Positions 45,530-50,798 of a stretch of DNA of 50,798 bases are shown one piece after another. Under the pieces are notes generated by a model. That model made no database searches and had not been told where the DNA came from. It saw only the letters and a list, made by a program, of their open reading frames with translations. The stretch is taken from positions 1 to 50,798 of the forward strand of contig CAZNUY010000001.1 of the NCBI GenBank assembly GCA_964576745.1, in the 5' to 3' direction. This DNA is from an uncultured Candidatus Saccharibacteria bacterium (lineage in GTDB: Bacteria > Patescibacteriota > Minisyncoccia > Phycocordibacterales > PALSA-1337). Every line of letters begins with the position of its first letter. The stretch's first letter is position 1. The position numbers and the translations under genes were made by a program.

Positions 45530-46471
45530 CTACACCGCAATCGGTGCTTTGATAGCTGGATGAGGATCGTATCCCACCAGCTCGAAATCCTCAATTTTGA
45601 AGTCCCAAACTTCTTTGACATCAGTGTTCAGGATTTTCACAGTTGGAACTGCTCTTGGCTCTCGGGAGAGTTGTTCTCTCACTTGATCCATGTGATTAGA
45701 ATAGATGTGAGTGTCACCACCAGTCCAGATGAACTCTCCAGGCTTAAGTCCGGTCACATGAGCAACCATGATCGTGAGTAGGGCATAGGATGCAATGTTG
45801 AAAGGCACTCCTAGGAATGTATCACAGCTTCTCTGGTATAGCTGGCAAGAAAGCTTGCCATCAGCAACGAAAAACTGAAATAGACAATGACATGGTGGAA
45901 GACCAGCAACCGCCATCTCTGCTATTTCGGCAGGATTCCATGCGCTAACAATGATTCTTCTAGAATCAGGAGACTTTCGAATCATTTCAACCGCGTCCTT
46001 AAGTTGATCAATTGACTTACCATCAGCCGCCTCCCAATTTCTCCACTGCTTGCCATAGACCGGACCAAGATCGCCCCATTTCTCATTAAACTCATCATCA
46101 GCAACTAATTTATCTGTGAATTCTTTCATCTGAGACTTCCATTCATCACTATTAACTGCCGGCATTGGCAAATTATTAGCTTTGAGATAATGTTTGAAAG
46201 GCCATTCATCCCAAATATGAATGTTCTGTAGAAGCAATGTTCTCAGTTTCGTATCGCCTTTAATAAACCACAATAATTCACCAAGAATCATTTTGAAAGG
46301 TAATTTCTTGGTCGTTAGAAGCGGGAAACCTTGCTCCAAATCAAATCGCATTTGAGTACCGAAACGACTTGTTGTTCCTGTGCCTGTTCTGTCTGTCTTA
46401 ATAACTCCATTTTCCAAGATTTCTCTCAGAAGATTTTGATAACTAATATCTGGATGTTGTGTTGTTTTCAT
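45530..46471 (-). CDS. thyA: thymidylate synthase (ThyA)
   Basis: [11 protein letters not shown] active-site Cys motif, DRTGTGT and [13 protein letters not shown]. Confidence 0.95.
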   Translation of the reverse strand: MKTTQHPDISYQNLLREILENGVIKTDRTGTGTTSRFGTQMRFDLEQGFPLLTTKKLPFKMILGELLWFIKGDTKLRTLLLQNIHIWDEWPFKHYLKANNLPMPAVNSDEWKSQMKEFTDKLVADDEFNEKWGDLGPVYGKQWRNWEAADGKSIDQLKDAVEMIRKSPDSRRIIVSAWNPAEIAEMAVAGLPPCHCLFQFFVADGKLSCQLYQRSCDTFLGVPFNIASYALLTIMVAHVTGLKPGEFIWTGGDTHIYSNHMDQVREQLSREPRAVPTVKILNTDVKEVWDFKIEDFELVGYDPHPAIKAPIAV

Positions 46472-46538
46472 GTTTCAATTATACAACTTCTATCTTAATT
46501 TATACACCCTATGTTATATTTAGTCCATTAATTAAAAT

Positions 46539-47174
46539 ATGAAAAATAAAAAGGCGAAATTCATAGTTCTTGAAGGAGGAGAGGGCTCAGGCAAATCTTC
46601 TTTATTAAAAGCCCTAAAAGATGAATATAAAGATAGGTTTATCTTTACAAGAGAACCGGGAGGTTCTGCATATGCAGAAGAGATTCGCAATCTAGCATTG
46701 AAACATCCACTAGCCAAAGATGCTGACGCATACACTATGATTTGTCTTATGTTCGCTGCGCGATTCGATCATGTAGATAAATTAATCAAGCCAAATATCA
46801 AGAAGGGAATATCAGTAATCTCTGATAGATTCGATGCGTCTTCATACACATATCAGATACATGCACAGGAAACTCCAAAGATTGAGAAATTATTTTGGCA
46901 CCTTAGAGATAATTTACCTCTGGTTCCTGATCTTTATATTTATGTAGATGTGAATGTTGAAGAGGGTTTGAGAAGAGTAGAATCAAGAAATCCTACAACA
47001 AATGAGAATAATCATTTCGATGGAAGGAAAATGGACTTTCATAAGAGAATAAGAAAGGGGTATAAGAAATTTTTTAAGAATAAGAAAGTTAAACATGTGG
47101 TCATAGATGCCAATAGGCCATTTGAGGAGGTGAAGGAGGAGTTTTTTAAGGTAATTGACTCCCACCTTAACTAG
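46539..47174 (+). CDS. tmk: thymidylate kinase
   Basis: P-loop FIVLEGGEGSGKSS and the DRF motif (ISDRFDASSYTYQ). Confidence 0.9.
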   Translation: MKNKKAKFIVLEGGEGSGKSSLLKALKDEYKDRFIFTREPGGSAYAEEIRNLALKHPLAKDADAYTMICLMFAARFDHVDKLIKPNIKKGISVISDRFDASSYTYQIHAQETPKIEKLFWHLRDNLPLVPDLYIYVDVNVEEGLRRVESRNPTTNENNHFDGRKMDFHKRIRKGYKKFFKNKKVKHVVIDANRPFEEVKEEFFKVIDSHLN

Positions 47175-47183
47175 CAATACAAT

Positions 47184-48362
47184 GTGTCTATGAAAGACAC
47201 ACAAATCAAAAAATTAATAGAATCAGAGAAGAAGAGACAGAAGAAAGTTATCAATTTAATAGCCTCAGAGAATTATGTTTCAAAAGATGTACTAGAAGCC
47301 CTAGGTACAGAATTAGTTAACAAATACGCCGAAGGTTATCCCACCAAGAGATATTATGGAGGTAATGAAATAGTTGATAAGGTGGAATTGCTGACTATGG
47401 ATCGTGCGCTTAAATTATTTAATTTAAAATCAACAGAATGGAGTGTGAATGTTCAGGCTCTATCAGGGTCACCAGCTAATGTCGCTGTGTATCTAGCTCT
47501 AGTTCCACAAGGAGGGAAGATAATGGGAATGTCACTAGATCAAGGAGGACACCTTACTCATGGTTACAAGGTCTCAATTACAGGTAAAGTATGGGCTCAG
47601 GTTCCATATGGAGTTGATAAGAAGACTGAGGTATTGAATTATGATGAGATAAGGGAAATAGCTGTGCGAGAGAAGCCAGCTGTTATTGTTGGTGGATATA
47701 CAGCGTATCCAAAGGAAATTGATTTCAAGAAATTAAAGGAAATTGCAGATGCATGTGGAGCATTGCTTATGATAGATATGTCACATATTGCGGGATTAGT
47801 AGCAGGCAAGGCATATCCATCTCCATTTCTATATGCAGATGTGGTGACAACTACCACTCATAAGACTCTAAGAGGACCAAGAAGCGCACTTATCTTTTCC
47901 CGAATTGATTCAAGAGAATTAAATAAGAAGATAGATAAAGCAGTATTCCCAGGAATGCAGGGAGGTCCACATATGAATCAGATTGCTGCAGTTGCAGTAG
48001 CACTTAAGGAAGCTTCAACTGGAGCTTTCAAGAAATATGCAATGCAAATCAAAAAGAATGCCAAGACAATGGCAGAGGAATTGAAGGATAGAGGATGGAG
48101 AATAATATCAGGAGGAACAGATAGTCATCTTATACTTGTAGATACATGGATGGAGGGTAAGGGAATTTCTGGAAAGGAAGCAAGTGACAGACTTGAGAAA
48201 GAAGGAATTATTGTAAATAAGAATGCAATACCATTTGATACCAGACCACCAGTAGATCCATCTGGAATTAGAATTGGAACAGCAGCCGAGACAACAAGAG
48301 GTAAGAAAGAGAAAGATATGAAAAAGATTGCAGAGAGAATAGATAAGATACTAAGGAAATAA
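47184..48362 (+). CDS. glyA: serine hydroxymethyltransferase
   Basis: PLP-lysine motif TTTTHKTLRGPR and the N-terminus NLIASENYVS. Confidence 0.92.
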   Translation: MSMKDTQIKKLIESEKKRQKKVINLIASENYVSKDVLEALGTELVNKYAEGYPTKRYYGGNEIVDKVELLTMDRALKLFNLKSTEWSVNVQALSGSPANVAVYLALVPQGGKIMGMSLDQGGHLTHGYKVSITGKVWAQVPYGVDKKTEVLNYDEIREIAVREKPAVIVGGYTAYPKEIDFKKLKEIADACGALLMIDMSHIAGLVAGKAYPSPFLYADVVTTTTHKTLRGPRSALIFSRIDSRELNKKIDKAVFPGMQGGPHMNQIAAVAVALKEASTGAFKKYAMQIKKNAKTMAEELKDRGWRIISGGTDSHLILVDTWMEGKGISGKEASDRLEKEGIIVNKNAIPFDTRPPVDPSGIRIGTAAETTRGKKEKDMKKIAERIDKILRK

Positions 48363-48370
48363 AAAAGAAG

Positions 48371-48401
48371 ACCCGTCCAGCTATACTAATTCTGGACGGG
48401 T
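48371..48401 (+). terminator. 10-bp stem hairpin after glyA (no T-run)
   Basis: ACCCGTCCAG-N11-CTGGACGGGT. Confidence 0.4.
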
Positions 48402-48529
48402 AGGAGTAGGATGAGGGATCCCAGTTATACCTAGTGTGATCCTTGTGTAGGGGAGATGTACACTGGTTAACTTCAACTCCATTTTCTAATAAGATTTTAG
48501 CATAGAAGTTATTATGCTACAATGCAAGA

Positions 48530-50209
48530 ATGATCGATGAATTAAAGAAAATCATTACAAAAGCCCTAAATAATCAAGGAATCACAAGTCTTGTTGTTAA
48601 TTTAACTCATCCCGAAAATATAAGCTTCGGTGACTTCACTACTAATATCGCACTTGTATATTCCAAGGAATTAAAGACAAGTCCCAAGCAATTAGCAGAC
48701 AAAATAGTCGAAGAGTTGAACAAGAATAAGATTGATGAAATAGAATCTATAAGTATTGCAGGCCCAGGATTTATTAATTTCAAATTAAAGGATTCATATT
48801 TCGCCAATGAGATTTTGAATTTAGAAAAAAAGGGAAATGAAATCGACAGAATAAATATGGATAAGGGTAGGAAGGTAATGGTGGAATATACTGATCCCAA
48901 TCCTTTCAAAATTTTCCATATTGGGCACTTAATGGCTAATACAGTTGGAGAAGCTATTTCAAGAATTGTTGAATTCTCTGGTGCAGATATTATAAGAGCT
49001 TGTTATCAGGGTGATGTGGGATTGCATGTTGCTAAGACCATATGGGCAATTATGAAAGATGGTAAATTCCAATCAAATGTAAAGTATTTGGGAGATATGT
49101 ATGTAGTTGGTAATAACAAATACGATGAGGATGAAATAGCAAAGAAAGAAATAATAGAGATAAACAAAAAGATATTCGAGAAATCTGATTCCAAGATAAA
49201 TGAAATATATGAAGAGGGAAGAAGAATTAGTCTAGAATATTTCGATGGAATTTATAAGAAATTGGGGACGAAATTTAATAATTTTTTCTTCGAAAGTGAA
49301 GTAGCTGATGATGGGGTGAAGATTGTAAGAGAATTCCTAGTCAAAGGAGTATTTCAGGAAAGCGATGGGGCGGTTATTTTCCCTGGAGAGAAATTCGGTG
49401 AGCATACAAGAGTATTCATCAACTCTCAAGGATTACCAACTTATGAAGCCAAGGAATTGGGATTAACCAAACAGAAATTTGATATGTATCCTGATCTATC
49501 TGAATCAATTGTAGTTACTGCAAATGAACAAAGTGCATATTTCAAAGTTGTTATTGCTGCAATGAAGGAAATAAGACCAGAATATGCTTCTAAGATGAAA
49601 CATTTGAGTCACGGATTATTGAGACCAAGTTCCGGCAAGATGTCATCAAGAAAGGGAAATATAGTGTCTGCTGATGATTTGATTTCTGAATTTGAGGAAT
49701 TGGTGGAGCAGAAGATTACTGATAGAGAATTCACATCAGAAGAGAAAGTTGAAATTAAAAATCAAATAGCCATTGCGGGCTTGAAATATACAATACTACG
49801 TCAATTAATCGGCGGAGACATTATCTATGATCCAAATAAGGCAGTGTCATTCGAAGGCGATTCAGGTCCATATTTACAATACTCAGCAGTAAGAGCAAAT
49901 GCCATAATAGCCAAGTCTTCAGAAATTAAGAAAGTCGAGGCTTTACCCGACAAAGTAGATACACTTGAGAAATTGCTTGTTAGATTCCCAGAAATAATCG
50001 AGAGAGCAAGAATGGAATATGCTCCGCATCATATCATCACTTATTTAACAGAATTATCATCTGCATTCAATTTATATTATGCCAATAATCAGATAATAGA
50101 TGAGAAGGATCCAATTTCTCCATATAGAGTATTGGTTACAAAACTTTTTGCTCAAATAATGACAAACGGTTTGTGGGTATTAGGTATCAAGGTTCCGAAG
50201 AGGATGTAG
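48530..50209 (+). CDS. argS: arginine--tRNA ligase
   Basis: Class I HIGH motif (FHIGHLM), KMSSRKG (KMSKS-like), and a C-terminal DALR-type anticodon-binding end. Confidence 0.92.
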   Translation: MIDELKKIITKALNNQGITSLVVNLTHPENISFGDFTTNIALVYSKELKTSPKQLADKIVEELNKNKIDEIESISIAGPGFINFKLKDSYFANEILNLEKKGNEIDRINMDKGRKVMVEYTDPNPFKIFHIGHLMANTVGEAISRIVEFSGADIIRACYQGDVGLHVAKTIWAIMKDGKFQSNVKYLGDMYVVGNNKYDEDEIAKKEIIEINKKIFEKSDSKINEIYEEGRRISLEYFDGIYKKLGTKFNNFFFESEVADDGVKIVREFLVKGVFQESDGAVIFPGEKFGEHTRVFINSQGLPTYEAKELGLTKQKFDMYPDLSESIVVTANEQSAYFKVVIAAMKEIRPEYASKMKHLSHGLLRPSSGKMSSRKGNIVSADDLISEFEELVEQKITDREFTSEEKVEIKNQIAIAGLKYTILRQLIGGDIIYDPNKAVSFEGDSGPYLQYSAVRANAIIAKSSEIKKVEALPDKVDTLEKLLVRFPEIIERARMEYAPHHIITYLTELSSAFNLYYANNQIIDEKDPISPYRVLVTKLFAQIMTNGLWVLGIKVPKRM

Positions 50210-50268
50210 ATAATTGACTTTCGGGTTGGGTTTGGTAGTATTAATATGTATTTGGGATTGCCCACGTC

Positions 50269-50288
50269 CATCCGCCGAAAGGCGGATG
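50269..50288. terminator. hairpin between the convergent argS and toxin genes
   Basis: CATCCGCC-GAAA-GGCGGATG (GNRA-type tetraloop). Confidence 0.55.
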
Positions 50289-50303
50289 ATCTATTTATGG
50301 TTT

Positions 50304-50735
50304 TTAATATCCTCCAATTATATTGATTGTTGCAACTCTGATCTCATTTAATAAGTTATTCTCTATTGTATAAATTAATTTATCCATTCTTCTATAATCC
50401 GTATGTCTAATTTGGGATAAAATTACATAATTATCTTTTTCTTTAACTTTTATTTTCTTATACCATGTACCTATTTTGACTTGGGTGGTAAGTGGCACTC
50501 CTATAAAAGAGAATCTATCAAGTTTTCTAATTATTAAGACTGGCCTCCTGAAAAAATCACCTTTCCCACTTATTTCTCCACCAACATTTTCTCCAATACT
50601 ACACCACCATATTTCTCCTTCTTTGAATAAGGGTGGTGTATGTTCACTCTCATTAATATTTATTTTAATTGATATCCACTTAATAAAGTCTTTGATGAAT
50701 TTTCCCATTATTTTGTTGTTAACTATTAATATCAA
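50304..50735 (-). CDS. PemK/MazF-like toxin-fold protein
   Basis: KEGEIWWCSIGENVGGEISGKGDFFRRPVLIIRK...IGVPLTT resembles the MazF/PemK SH3-like core. The likely start is the internal ATG (MGKFIKD). Confidence 0.5.
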   Translation of the reverse strand: MILIVNNKIMGKFIKDFIKWISIKININESEHTPPLFKEGEIWWCSIGENVGGEISGKGDFFRRPVLIIRKLDRFSFIGVPLTTQVKIGTWYKKIKVKEKDNYVILSQIRHTDYRRMDKLIYTIENNLLNEIRVATINIIGGY

Positions 50736-50798
50736 AATCCTATCAAAACAGTTATTAAGAAAAGCTTAAGAAAAGTATCGAAATTCGGCATTGGGAAA

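Noticed and set aside
48402-48529. Possible T-box or other riboswitch leader upstream of argS
   Set aside because: I could not find a specifier-loop/T-box (AGGGTGGNACCGCG-like) sequence or a terminator/antiterminator pair. There are only short stems and a plausible extended -10 promoter (TGCTACAAT).
1-50798. CRISPR arrays, rRNA genes, transposase/IS elements, retron msr/msd
   Set aside because: - No regularly spaced direct repeats of 24-40 nt were seen.
- No rRNA-like conserved blocks were seen.
- There is no DDE or HUH transposase ORF.
- Neither RT has the flanking inverted repeats and conserved G branch context of a retron. One RT is explained by the TR/VR pair; the other lacks any adjacent structured non-coding region upstream.

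Overview
This window looks like AT-rich chromosome (about 30-35% GC in hand-counted lines) from a small-genome bacterium. Gene content and style resemble Patescibacteria/CPR, but that is a low-confidence inference. The chromosome is interrupted by a mosaic integrated element of about 22.8 kb, from about 9.6 kb to about 32.35 kb.

Host flanks:
- 1-9.6 kb: HD hydrolase, GH130, ruvX, a pilM/N/O-like operon, rluD-like gene, rplS and six tRNAs.
- 32.4-50.8 kb: pilin, M23 peptidase, DsbA/VKOR pair, folD, secE-nusG-rplK, a thymidylate/folate cluster (DHFR-like gene, dcd, thyA, tmk, glyA), argS and a MazF-like toxin.

The element sits immediately 3' of tRNA-His. Its contents, in order, are:
- a large serine recombinase, a P-loop protein and small element proteins;
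- a CsoR-controlled copper-resistance cassette (csoR, DUF305, copA, HMA-permease, cupredoxin-like gene);
- a Fic gene followed by a type I R-M operon (hsdM/S/R);
- a tightly linked three-gene module: HARE-HTH/PD-(D/E)xK nuclease, a non-DGR reverse transcriptase of UG/Abi style, and a Cas4-like nuclease;
- a complete diversity-generating retroelement (DGR).

The DGR is the best-supported unusual feature:
- VR (29598-29711) and TR (30076-30189) are 114 nt each and differ at 18 positions, every one a TR adenine.
- The RT carries GNLTSQ and YADD motifs.
- An avd-like gene lies antisense between TR and RT. Its frame is broken at a G11/C11 homopolymer that also sits just upstream of the RT start.
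- The target gene is strikingly GC-rich, about 58-60%.

The RT plus two-nuclease module appended to the type I R-M operon is the best candidate for an undescribed defence system.

No rRNA genes or CRISPR arrays were seen. All calls come from reading the sequence and translations by eye; no searches were run.
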